Notes under the pieces: model-generated | Seen by the model: the letters and a program-made list of their open reading frames with translations, nothing else | Database searches by the model: none | What the model was told of the DNA's origin: nothing | Assembly: GCA_000934665.2 (NCBI GenBank) | Contig: KZ538682.1 | Span: forward strand, 1-54,405 | DNA: 54,405 nt | Reading direction: 5' to 3' | Origin: Catajapyx aquilonaris | Lineage: Eukaryota | Program-made: the position numbers and the translations under genes | Part shown: positions 12,601 through 25,200 of the stretch, piece by piece | How positions within the stretch are numbered: the first letter of the stretch is position 1 | Layout of the letters: the number at the start of each line of letters is the position of its first letter

Positions 12601-15600
12601 GTTACCTATCCGTCACTTTTAGAGCCATCCGTGCAGCATCTTTACATGCGGTAGACAACATGAGCCATATTTGGACTGTTTGCATTTTGAACTGTCTGTG
12701 TTTTGGTGTTGACAATTACTGTGCTATCTATATATCGATTTCCTGCCTCCATTTGGAAACTTTGTTAGCATTGTGGCGAGTTAGGGTGAGCGGGCAGGCA
12801 GACTCTCTGAACGTGTTGGTTCCACCGCACGCCTAAATTGAAGCCAGAAATCCGTGCTTGAGAGCAAGTCTGCGAATGCTAGCAAAAGAGGCAATGTGGC
12901 ACCGTCGGCGCGAGACAGCTTGTTTGGTGTTTGTTGTTTCAGCGACCCAGGGGGTAAAATAGTGCCACGAGGGATGGAGGAGGTGAGGAAAGGAGGATGA
13001 GAGGGAGGGAAAACTAGCCTGGATGTGTTACATGCAGAGTCAAGATCATATGAGGAGTCAGCTACATTGTCACTTCCTGGAAAAGTGTGATTCCAAAGGA
13101 AAGGTAGTTGACAATGTTTGTTGCATCAACATGAGGCACTGAAAGGGTGGGTAAACCTCGCATTATGGCTTATTGGGTGCTTACGGGTGGAAAATTGGAA
13201 ACACCTAATTGAGCGAATCGATTGGATGGCCAATTAAGCCATTGATCAAAGGCCAAAACAATTCTGCGCCGATCAACGTAATTTTGTCAGCCTGGCCATC
13301 CAACACGGCTGCCGGCAGGGAAAGTTGATAAAACAATGTTATAACTTGGGGTTTTATGTGATCGGGTGTTGCAGAAGCGATTGCCTGTGGGCACCCAACG
13401 TGTCAACGCAACCCTGATGGCTGATCACTTTTCTGGTCTGGATGCTGCGATTGACTTCACTTGTCACTGTGCCGTTAAACAGATTAATAGTGTCGGTGGC
13501 CATATTTTAAGCGGGCAATTAGTCTACGGATGCCAAATTCGCACGTGAACGTAATTTATACTGTATAACTTGTTGAATGTTGGCGTCCCTTAATTTCTTT
13601 CAGCAGTGGAAATGTGGGAAAATGTCGCATGTTAACTAGATGGACTTTACAGACCATGACACGTATTTTTTCTTCTTCAACTTTCCGTTTACGCCCAAAG
13701 TGTAACTTTCAAGTTATTATAAACATTATATTTGTGGAAGAGTTAGAAAAATATAGCTGAAGAATGTTTTTATGTAGTGAAGTTTCTCAGTCAAGCAGGG
13801 CTACCAAGCTAATTTCGCATTGTGGCTTTTAGTTTTATTCCATGAAATTTTGGTAGGCATTGTACAGTACGTACGTTCCTATGTACCGTGCCATGCGCGA
13901 GGGGGGCACTTTTGAGGTATTCCTACCATGGATTGAGCCAGTAGGCCTGCGCCTTGATATTGCGTAGGACCATCTTGACAAGAAAATGATTATGTGATGG
14001 AGAGAGAGAGAGTTGTCACACTGCTTGGCGTTCATTGTTGCAAGTAGCTACCTTTAGTTCCCCAGTAAATATGGTTACTATAATCCAAGAAACGCGGGCA
14101 AATTTGTTTAAAAATAATTTATGTATTATACAGTCATAATACGAGTACATGTGTTTTTTTGTGGCTGTAGGCCTGGAGAAGGTAAGGTTGTCTATTGCTA
14201 AACTCACTCTATACCCAGGTCTGCTCTATCTTTCCAATTTCAAGCATTTCCTATTTTACAGTATTATTGTAAAAACAAGATTTAAAACTCTAAATATAAA
14301 GTTGGATAGTACGTATTTAGTCATACAACGAGTCAAAGCAGGGTAATCAAAACTGTACAAAATGATGTATAATTACTTCAATGTTCATATTTATACTTTT
14401 TTGTAACGATTTGTGTCCCGGCAATAATTTAACTAGTTACCAGTAGCTCGTAACTTTTACTCATTATTACGTAACACTGCATGCATTCAAAAGGAATGGG
14501 GTCACAAGGGATGCAGGCATGGAACAAATTCGACAGTGCGAACTTAGCTTTCTTCTCGTCACGGTCAGTATGCACGTCAGACTGGTAGTATGGTACACTG
14601 CTTCCTCCTTCCGTCCTCTCCGGATAGAACAGGGCTCGTATATACGGGGCCTTTCTGTTCACCATATTGGGGGGTCTGACTGCTTCGTTAGAATGAACCA
14701 TATGAACTGCAAGCAGACAATGGTAACGATCATTACAAAAAGCAATCCGTGCTACTGGACTGGTTATAGCCACCTGTGCTTTGTGGTTCTGGGAAATCGG
14801 ATGAGCAAATTTTATTGAGCACGATGTTCAAGGTGTGACCTGTAACAGGGCCCCATACTCTTCTCTGTTTATTGCTCTTTCTTAGAAGGAACACGAAAGG
14901 GGAGGTGGCACGCACCTTTTACTCAGGTGCGTCTGCCCGATCTCTGAAGATGTGCTTTTAGACAGTTTCGGTTTTTCATTACTGAAGAGCAAACCCACTG
15001 CTACCATTCTATCAATTCTGTTACGACAAAAATAATATTTTCTGAACGTGGCCAGATACGTTCGGAGTCACCTAATTCAGGTAGAAAAGTAAGGGTTTAG
15101 CGCAAACATTCAATCCATGTGATCGATGGAGGCTGCATTAAAGAAACCTTATTTATTGCTTGCTTTTGATGTAGTTCATTGTTATATGCAATATTGTATT
15201 AGGATATATAGCGAAAAAATGAACAAACCCTGCCAAGGATATCTGAACTACCTAACACAGGCCATATTGCACCTATTGGAGCCTATATCTACCTGTAATA
15301 TTCAGATCGGCTATACTGCATGTTGACCATAGAATTTACAGATTCTTTGCAAATTTTGAGTGGACTTTGGACTTTTTGCGCCGTTATTTCTCACGGCATA
15401 AATCGGTGTAATAGTTGAACGTTAGCGCCGGTATTATAGTTGAGCCTTCTAAGATACTGAGTCCAAACTTACCGTAAGGCTAGCACGTGGTGTTGAACTC
15501 TCGAAACTAAAATGTCTTTGGGTCACAACTGCGACCACATTCAATCCAGATCACTATAACAACGAAATCCGGTGGGCCCTTGGACACTTTTTTTTGTACT

Positions 15601-15717
15601 GCTGCCACCTCACTTTGATTTTTTAAAACTACTAGAATGCTCTAGCAGACATTCATTTCGGGGGGGGATTTTTAATATTACTCTTGATATACTGTACACT
15701 AAGGGATGAAACTGATA

Positions 15718-15909
15718 CTACTGATTTCTTCCTCTTCGAACGTTGGCCCCTGCTATTTCAGAGTACTTGCGATCAATGGGGATGCGATCGTCATAGAGCG
15801 AGGGTGCTTGCAGGATGATGCCCGCCGTTCCCACCAACACGGCCAGCGTGAAGATCCAGAGGAACAGACGGTCTAGCACCATGGCTACATACTTCCAGTC
15901 CTCCTTCAC
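15718..15909 (-). CDS. nAChRalpha4: nAChR alpha4 terminal coding exon (TM4 and C-terminus)
   Basis: [63 protein letters not shown]. Acceptor ttgatttcag|GTG in phase 0 matches the upstream donor. Confidence 0.95.
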   Translation of the reverse strand: MKEDWKYVAMVLDRLFLWIFTLAVLVGTAGIILQAPSLYDDRIPIDRKYSEIAGANVRRGRNQ

Positions 15910-16410
15910 CTGAAATCAAAACAAAGCCCATGTCCAATAACTTCATCCATCGTACAGCATGTTCAAACGTGTGCATTCAGCCATTCACCGATGTTGTACT
16001 CAACTCCTGCAAAGCTCAACTGCATCAACTTATGCCGCAAGAACGGCCACCCCAATTAGCTGATCCAATGGATGAGCTAATCCAAAATATATAGAACGGA
16101 CACCCCGTTGTTTACGGTGTGCGCACGAGCTACTGTGATCGACACAGCTTTGCAATTATTTATTTGCCGAAAATTAGTTAGCATTCGCTGTTCTGGCGGG
16201 TTTTTAGATTTGCGTCAAAACCGATGGTTTTGGCCGACAATAGGAAATGCACATATCTTTACCTGTATTTTCTAACAATTTATCCACAAATCCCACCGTA
16301 GGACAAGTTTTGCAATACCTTTCTCGCAGAATACCTAAGCATTTAGGGACACCAGGATCTGCACCGTTGATTTCACTGCCTCTTCCGATGAGAACTTCTT
16401 CCCCACTCTA

Positions 16411-19139
16411 CCCGGATATAGAGGGCACGACGCGACGCATGGGATCTAGGCCCAAGTACCCACCAGGCCTAGCCCCGACCCCTTTCTCCCACTCACCCCA
16501 GACAGAGGAGTCACACAGTTCCTCTATAAAATTGTTTATTGCACACTCACAATCATACCCAGCATACACACAGAACACTTACGCACAGGGCACGGGGCCC
16601 AACGGCCCCCCAGACATAGGACACCAGGAGGTCACCTCCGACCCAACCACCCTGTTCCCTTGCCTCCCCTCGTCTCTCTCTCCTCTCCTCCTCCTCCTAC
16701 CCTCCTTGCCTCCCACGTCATCCCCACAACCCTGAGTAAGGTGCTGCCATCTCCTGCTGGCGGCTGCCACCTGCGCAAGCCGCCACAGTGCCCCCCTCAC
16801 AAAGAAAAGGTCGGGGACGTACAAACTCAAAATGGCATCAAAATCCACAGACAGACACCATCAGAAAACTCACAAAATTCACTTTAACAATCAACCAATG
16901 TAATGTGGCGGGGGGGGGGGGNGGGGGGGGTGAAGGGAGAAAATGTTCGTAGGTCCAATGCAGTTACATGGCGTGCTGGTCCAGGAAGCACAGGTGGTCA
17001 GCAGAAACTTCCGATGTCCACTGCTGGACAGCCTGGGTCCCCCTGCTGGGCTGCCACCACCCACAACATCTGTTTCAGAGCCAGGTCAGAGTCCAGATAG
17101 AACCTCCACCGGCGGCGCACCCACGTCCATCATGACCGGTATCATGTCAAGCACCTCCGCGCAGCACACCAACAGTCCATCGCCGGTGCACTCACGGCCA
17201 ACGGGCGCCCACACCCGCATGCTGGCCCGACCATGGCCGCCAAGCATGCGACGAGGTCACCACCCAGTGTCGCCACGAACTGTCCATCACCACACCAAGA
17301 TGTCACAGAAGTCGACCTTTTGCCAGCTCCAACACAGGACCAAAAGGATTAACTAGTGAAGGGGAGGGGAATTTGGGAGGAAGAAGGAGGGGTAACCGCC
17401 ACAAAAACACTTCACACGTTGGATCAACAAGTTCAAAAGGTTCACTAAGTTTCCAAATACATAGCTGGCCACGAGGTCTTACAATGGGCTCATTCGCAGT
17501 AAAAAACGCACAAGAAAAAAAACGGTTCCCACCATTGTTGCACACTACAACAACAAAAGTATGCCGTACCAAACCAATCATCAAAAAAAATAATCCACAA
17601 AACAAACAACCCAAGGCAAGCACTTCTGAGCTGCTAACAATGCACAACAAACAAGTCCATTGCCAGCAGCTCCATAGTGGCCGCTCCCATTCAAGCAATA
17701 GGAGTCACCCCCATGACAGCAAAACAAAAGGGCGCCAAACCAGGCAAAACACCCGAAAAAGGAGGAAGGGCATGCCCAACTCAAAACATGCCGCCCTCAG
17801 CTTCTCTCGTTGTCCTGAAACGCAGAAGCCCGAGTTCCACGGCTTTCACAAAAGCCGCCAGTACCAGTTTACCCAAAACTGGCACCAGGAGGAACTACTC
17901 GATCGCACCAGTAGACCTCATCACCCCACATGTCGACGCCCTAACCCCGCCTGGCAACCAGAACCACCAGGCGAGTAAAAACATCGACTACCTTCACCAT
18001 GTCTCAACATGGCCATCTGGCTCTTTTCTCTCTCACAAAAAGGATGTAGTGCACTAATCCCCCCGATTAGTGCACTACATCTCATTTACAGAAAAATGAC
18101 ATGAAGTTCAGGAAGGTCAAAACCACTATAATGAAATGGACGTTTGCACATTCCTGGGTGTGCCTGGATGACGCAACAAGTCACCCAAACAACAAAGCCA
18201 GCCTTCGCCTTCTCCTCAAAGGCAGTGGGCGGTGACTCCTCCACCCCCGCAGCTCCCTGGCCGCTTCCGGGGGCGACTCGCTCACCCGCCCACCTGAGGG
18301 CTGGCCCCTGGGGCGCACACCACACCTCCACCGAGTTGGGGCGCACCCCGGTACCTCCAGTGATGAACTGGCCAAGGGGGTAACCACTTCGGTACTCCGG
18401 TGTACACCTGCGAGTGGTACTCCCTGGTACTCCTCAGGTACTTCACTCTGTATTACTCCTTTGTACTCCTTGAATTTGGGTACTCCAGTGTACACTTTTT
18501 AGTCGAGTGATTACCCCCTTGGAACTGGCGGTACCCTTGTACCGCTGGGTGGCGCTGTACCGCAGCGCGAGTCCCTCGATTAACCAAATCGGTGGACTCC
18601 CACCCACGCCACGGGCAACAGTCTGAACTGTTCGCCCCGGGTCCGTGCAAATGCTACACCACGGGCTTAAAAAAACCCCGGGGTAAATTACCCCGGGGTT
18701 TTTTTAAGCCCGTGGTTGGCGCCCTTAACGTGGGTGTATTACCCCGGGTAATACACCCACGTTAAGGGCGCCAATGTGACGTGCCCGCCCGGCTATAGAG
18801 GGCACGACGCATGGGATCTAGGCCCAAGTACCCACCAGGCCTAGCCCCGACCCCTAATTTCTCCCACTCACCCCAAACAAAGGAGTCACACAGTTCCTCT
18901 ATAAAACTGTTTATTGCACACTCACAATCATACCCAGCATACACACAGAACACTTACGCACAGGGCACCAGGACACCGGTCACCTCCGACCCAACCACCC
19001 TGTTCCCTTGCCTCCCCTCGTCCGTCTCTCTCTCCTCTACGCCTCCTCCTACCCTCCTTGCCTCCCACGTCAACCCCACAACCCTGAGTAAGGTGCTGCC
19101 ATCTCCTGCTGGCGGCTGCCACCTGCGCAAGCCGCCACA
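16411..19139 (-). mobile_element. Non-autonomous LTR retroelement (large TRIM/LARD-like, probably Ty3/Gypsy-dependent)
   Basis: Direct repeats of ~365 bp at 16411-16787 and 18775-19139. The right copy has TG...CA ends with a 7-bp imperfect inverted repeat. On the minus strand a PBS (TGGCGCCCTTAACGTGGG) follows the 5' LTR after 1 nt, and a purine tract (GTGAGGGGGGCAC) precedes the 3' LTR. No intact gag or pol ORF. The left LTR lacks its last ~15 bp, so no TSD can be scored. Confidence 0.88.
18658..18773. repeat. Two abutting perfect palindromes (59 bp and 57 bp) at the LTR primer-binding site
   Basis: 18658-18716 has 29-bp arms and a 1-nt centre; 18717-18773 has 28-bp arms and a 1-nt centre; no gap between them. 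Confidence 0.95.
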
Positions 19140-19409
19140 ATAGTCAACGGTTCAACGGGTCGGAACTAGACGGGAGAGTGGAGAGGAGAAGGCCAGAAAT
19201 GATAAACCCCCCTGCCGAAGTGCTAAACATGTGTCGCCTTCCAGTCATCGTTCCCTCCGGGCGTTTATCATGGGGAGCTGATGCGGGAGCAACAGATGTA
19301 GTCCACCCGTAAACAATTAGGAACCAAGCTTGCGCCGAGGTCCGGAATGTAACACCTCGGTGACAACATATGCATTGGCAGCAGCCAGAAATATCCGACC
19401 CGAACTGCA

Positions 19410-19663
19410 TTTCAAACTCGCGCTGCTGAGGAGTAACACCCAACTTCCTCAGGCAGCCGCCAGGTGGCGAGTATCCAACTTCCCCCGGTGGCCGCGGGTG
19501 AGGAGGGCGGCTCCACTCTCGATCAGAAGTCGAATTTATTCCGACGTTCGTCTCTTCCCCTGTCATTACCGTTCGCCTCAGAGAAAAACGGATCGCATTC
19601 TCGGAATCAGGATTTTTTGCCTGATTATTAGAGGCCAACTTGTATTTTGAGTGGAGTGTCCCT
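19410..19663. mobile_element. One end of a DNA transposon, Kolobok-like (copy 1)
   Basis: Similar to ~27600-27877. Similarity stops at GTCCCT|TTAA, i.e. an AG terminus next to TTAA. The other end was not located. Confidence 0.55.
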
Positions 19664-19834
19664 TTAAAGACCTCCTTCAGTGATGTAGCTCTCTGTGCAC
19701 ACACCGTCTATGAGAGTAACATTACAACCCTTGATCTGAGGTGGGACAAGTGCATGTCTCTGGCACAGTTTTGCGTCTGGAAATAAATAATTATCTAATA
19801 ATTTTAAAAAAACTTTTTAAAGGACACGCTTTTT

Positions 19835-19995
19835 GAGGTAGCGAACTCTATTCTGAGAGCCTGTGACTCCGCCGTCTGACGTGGAGGTTGCGAACTCACC
19901 CATTCACGTGACTACTACCGATAGATGGCGTGGAAGTTGCGAAGTCACCCCCTAACGTGACTCCCTCCCGCTAGATGGTGTAGAAGTCGCGAATT
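19835..19995. repeat. Degenerate ~50-bp minisatellite (3 units plus a partial fourth)
   Basis: Recurrent GA(G/A)GT(T/A/C)GCGAA...GTGACT...AGATGG units. Confidence 0.65.
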
Positions 19996-20047
19996 CGCTG
20001 CAAGCACACTCACACACACCCGTGGCGGTGAAGCTAATATAAAGCGT

Positions 20048-20048
<1 letters not shown>

Positions 20049-20129
<81 letters not shown>

Positions 20130-20141
20130 CAACAACAACAA
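20049..20141. repeat. (TAA)n(CAA)n microsatellite
   Basis: Seen directly. Confidence 0.97.
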
Positions 20142-22980
20142 ATAAAAGTGCACTTGTCTTCCTTAATAAAAAGGGGCCATTTCTATTTCATTTATCATAT
20201 ATTTCCTATTTGCACATATTTTGTTCGATAGCACTAAAAGAATACCCCATTTTTGGTCACGAATGGTTCTTTTCGAATTAATAACGCTCGTAATGACTTG
20301 TCTGTCTGCATAACACCAGGAGGAATTTTAAAACCTGATTTCAGCCACTCCGGTCGAGATAATTATCTACGTATAATACAGTATTTCTTTGTAAGCTAGA
20401 TAGGCTAGCAGGGATTATTTTGTAATACTATGACAGTGAGTAGGCGTGGCATTATTACTCTGCACGAAAAGTTGTTTTCTTGAAGTCGAGGGTGTAATAT
20501 ATTCTCCGCACAAAAAACTCAAATCAAGAAAGCAAGACTAAAAACATCTGCATTCTATAGCATATTATGCTAGAATAGGCGGACATCTTCAACGAATTTG
20601 CTCTAGTGGAGCATGTAGACAATCTGCTACTGTATAATCAAATTGATCAATTTCGCAAGTTGTGACTGCAATCAAGAGCATCCAGGGGAACAGACCAGAG
20701 GCTCGGCCGTTGATTGGTTCAAGGTATAGGTGTGCAGTTTTTGTCCTGTTGTTCCACAACTTGTGTTGATGATCGATAAGATTCTGGAGGGACCTGGGAC
20801 GCTAATGTGGATAAGGACTATTCTGTGTGATGCGCTGCCTAAGTTGACATCTCCAACAATGGGATGAGTTAATAATTAATTACGTTTTACACCATCCCAT
20901 TGTTGAAGGTATCAAATTAGGCAGTACAGTACGCCATCCTGTATAAAAGTGAACTGTGCATGAAGTCAGTTTATAATGGTTGCTCTCACCAAAAATATGA
21001 AGCAGATATTACTCTCAAACAATGGAAAGTGTTGATTAAATCAGAAATTTTCAGTACCGCGAGCAAATTGTTATTAATTTTAGCCACATTCCAGTTATTT
21101 TTTGGTTCCATAGACGTTGTCTAGAAATTCATCACAATATCATTGCTACATGATTCTTCTTCAGACGTGAGTTATCATGAAGCCGGCCATTTTACCATTA
21201 GGCCACATACACATTTTGAGGGTATCCCAACACAGTAAAGTGAGGTCCGTATCCGTAGAAATGTTGTAAAAATGTTGCAGACATCTCGCTTATCAGCTGG
21301 ATGCTTGGCTAGGAGGCAGTGTTTAAGGTTAATGACAAGGGTGAGCGCCATTATCGTGTAATAGCAAAGCTATGCATGCAGTACGGACAGATAACAGCTG
21401 ATATTCGAGCAATCGGCAACATTGATCAGTTCTAATACTGACCGGAGCAGGCATATTGAACAATCTGTACATCTACTGATCTACATGGCCAACTGAAAGT
21501 ATAGGCCTAGTCGTTTAGTAGTAACGTAATTTATGTCCTGTAGTAGTGGACCCATACATGATGTGCATTTTAGCATAATTATTCTGAATTAGGTTGCTGT
21601 AGGCCTATATGTTGTTATCAACGAAATCAACTTAAGAGCCGGTTGTGTGAACGCAAATACAGTACGGTACATCCTAATTGCGGCATTTTCTGGGCACAAA
21701 ATCTCTCTGGAAATCGTTCTATGGGCTCATATTTTGTCAAATCTCCAATGAAATCTCGCCTAAACGTAAATGTTCCGAGTTCTACCCACTTCGCGAGAAA
21801 AAAACGCTGTTTTCTCTTCCACACCTCGACTTACAGCGTGTTTTAAGGCCGTATATCCGCGTGGATTGGCACATACTGCCTCGAAAATCGCAACCAAGAC
21901 TGGAATCATGTGGCTCGGGCACATCTGAAGTAAAACAGGGACATAATTTAGCATGTCACGGCCTATACCTAAATTGAGGAGCACAAAGCTGGCGACACTT
22001 GCTGTGATTGTGGCATAGCAGAGTATGTGGGCAGCCATGTTGGGTATCTGGCGCATGACTCTCTGAGCCAGTTGGGTACGGCGCCGTACGGGATTAATGT
22101 ACTATCACTCAAACAAGGATTGTCGCATCCTGGCTTGCATGGAACCCATTCCACAGAGATGTGTGTTGCTTATCTGACCCCGTCCCTTATCTGCTTTTCT
22201 CGGCATCGGAGCCTCATTAGCTGTCTTTGTGGACACACACAATGCACACCTGTGCAATGGGTTGCATCCAAGCCAGGATAACCCGCAACATTGGCCATAG
22301 TACAAGTACATAACAGGTGCCCAATAAAACAGTGTATGTGTGGTGAGCTCGTACGTCAAAGTTTTGTCTTTATTAAGCTCATACACTAACTTGCAGCTTT
22401 AACATGATTATGTATATCTTCAAGCTTATATTAGCTTTATACTTGACAATAGGGTGGTTTCGGGAGAGAGGAAGAAATTTCTTCGCTTTCTGTCACACCT
22501 GCAAGCTTGGACGGTTGTTGTTGCGGCCCAGTACATCTCAAAGGCTGTAGCTTGTGCTCAAAGGACAAAGACATAAGTGGTGTTGGAGGAGAGGAGTGAG
22601 GAGATGCAGGCTGCGGCTGCGAAAAATATTGCACCGGAATTTTTAACAAAATTACCAGCAATGAAGCACAAGAGGAACTGACATCACCACTTCTGGTCTC
22701 GGCTTAGGATCGAACCCGGGACCCTTCCATCCGTGGGCGCGTACATAACGTTCTGACCTGACATACCGTACAGCGTACAATATATACTATACACATTGTT
22801 AGAAAACCCTATTGTAACCCACGCATGCAGCGCCATGCATGAAACAGCGAGCGAATGCCTCCACCCGCTGTCGGGTCAGTGCAGCACAGCTGCTTGATTA
22901 GTTTCGGTATTTGCAGAGTAGTTTGGCACGTTCAAGAGCCAAAGTAGTCGGGAACGTGCCGAACTACTAACCCGACAAGG

Positions 22981-23311
22981 TTGGTTGGTTGGTTGGTAGG
23001 AAGGGTTACCCAGCTTGTATGGCTCTGTCAGAGTCGAGCCTTGGCAGCCGGGGGTAGGAGAGGATGGTGTGGGATTGCAAGGTAGGGGTGGGTGAGAAGG
23101 TTGGGGGAGAGGAGGGCTGGCCCCGGCTGTACTGCAATGCCGGGTCCAACCCAGGGACGGGGGTGGGATATTCTCCCAAGCACCCCGTCCGACCAAGAAA
23201 TGCGAGTCAGGTCCGAGGACCGCTCGAGGAAGAGAGTACCGTCGCTGGCGAACCAGCCCGGACCTCATACAACCTCATTCATTGAATTGGTGCCTTGTCA
23301 GTTATTATTGG
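22981..23311 (-). mobile_element. 5'-truncated non-LTR retroposon insertion with (ACCA)n tail
   Basis: 15-bp TSD ACTAACCCGACAAGG at 22966-22980 and 23312-23326; a TTGG repeat abuts the left TSD. Confidence 0.8.
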
Positions 23312-23419
23312 ACTAACCCGACAAGGCTTTCACCATATCTACTTCTCGGTTATCCGAGGCTCACTCGTCTGCGACATTTTCCTATTCCAATAAATGTAAT
23401 TATTTCTGAATCAGAGTGG

Positions 23420-25134
23420 TACGTACTGAACAACACAATACTGTATGTTGCTTCAGTGTAACTGCAGTGGGATGGATAAGGGTCATTGGCTTGATTTCCG
23501 TGGCGAAGAGATATTTGCGTGTCGTATTCACATCCAAAGCGTCAGTCCATGAGGCCCTAGGCTACAAGTGCACTGTACGCATATCTCCCCAGAGCATCGA
23601 TTACAGATTGATATGAACATAAATGCATCTGTGGTCTTATCATCCTTCCACTACGCGGTCCATGCAGACTTCTTCCCTCGGGAGCTGAAGAAAGATGTTG
23701 TGTCGCAGGATCGCAGCCACTAAACGGGTGGAAGCCACGAAGAGCATCAGATTTCCTGTGTCCCAGCGTCGCGTGGTATAGCAATAGAGTGGGCGGCCAT
23801 GTACGACTTTTGTTTACCACTTCCATTCAATATCCACAGCTTCTCTAGACCAAGAGCGTTGGGTCTATATGAAAAAATGAAACCGCCAACACCAGCACAT
23901 GAGTATCGGAGCTTCGAATAGCAGCACTCTGAGCTCCATGCTGCACTGCATCCTTCAAGTCCAGTATAATTGAGGGATCTGACCTGAGATAAGAAACGGC
24001 CAAGTCCACTCGGAAAACCTGGTCGTAAAATGAGCAATTTTTTGCTCATTTTACGACCAGGTTACTTAACTTTCACTGCCGGTACAATCTTGAAACTTTT
24101 TACGTCCATAATTATGTTGCCTGAGTTCAGCTACATACACAGTCATGTGCAATTAATACCCCATGACATTAAAATGCATAAGTATAACTGTACGTATTTG
24201 TGTTACACCCCCCAAAAGTGGACTCGGCCGTTTTTTTAAATATCTCAGACCCCTCAATTTTTCTATCAGCTACTTCCATCTCGACACACGAAGCATCGCT
24301 AAGAGACGCTTCTTTCCTTGATGAATGAAATACGTCTCTCATATCTGCAACAATATCCAGCATGTAAGACTTGATTTGGTCACTGTACTCCATGAAAGAT
24401 TTGAGCTCGGGCTTTGGGTTCACCATGTGGATCAAAGCAACACCATCGTATCCCACTACTTCACATCTCTCTGGCTGTTGGGACACATAAGCTCTCCAAA
24501 ATGGGTATTAGAGGAGTCTTCGATGAGGGATGGAGCTCTCCACCAACAGACAATGGAGGTGGAAAAATATGATTCTCATGTACAAAAAAAGAGAAGAAGA
24601 ATCCAAGTCTAGCTGTCAATGTATGCTGACAATGAAGAGGCGGCAGAATAATATTTCCAGACTGCTTTCAGCTTCCTGGCTTGTGTCTTCTGAACAACTC
24701 TCTTTTTGATTGGCGAATACATCTAGAAAAATATCTTTTACGAGTCTCTCTTCAACAAATTCGTGAAAAGAATCCATGTCGATCATCTACCTTGTTCAGA
24801 GCAGCGTCACCCTATTCATCCACTACAACTGGGTATCTATAGTGAAATAAGTTCTGAGCAACCGAAGCAGTGGTGGCGGAGGGGATATGGTATCCGACTG
24901 CTAATCGGGAGGTCCTGGGTTCGAATCCCGGTGCCGGCAACTCTAACCGTGGTTTTCTGTGGTTTCCGACGGTTCCTCCAGGAGAATTCCGGAGTTGTTT
25001 CCTAAACTAATAGGCCACAGCTGCCTCCTTCCTTTCCTATCCTATCCCAAAAAGCGCAGTGAAAACGAAACGAAGAGTTCCAGTCAAAAAAAAATATCCC
25101 CCATAAAGAGCCGCCGGCTGATAACGGGGTATGA

Positions 25135-25200
<66 letters not shown>

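Noticed and set aside
13830..15160. Poly(A) site of the nAChR gene
   Set aside because: Several minus-strand AATAAA candidates exist and none can be singled out without RNA data.
17373..17978. Longest ORF in the window (201 aa, + strand) and overlapping ORFs
   Set aside because: Low-complexity product antisense to the LTR element, explained by base skew; no recognisable domain.
16411..19139. Retrozyme (hammerhead-containing LTR element)
   Set aside because: No CTGANGA...GAAA core with proper stems found by eye in either LTR.
20560..22400. Cys-rich short ORFs suggesting another decayed transposase
   Set aside because: No diagnostic motif recognised.
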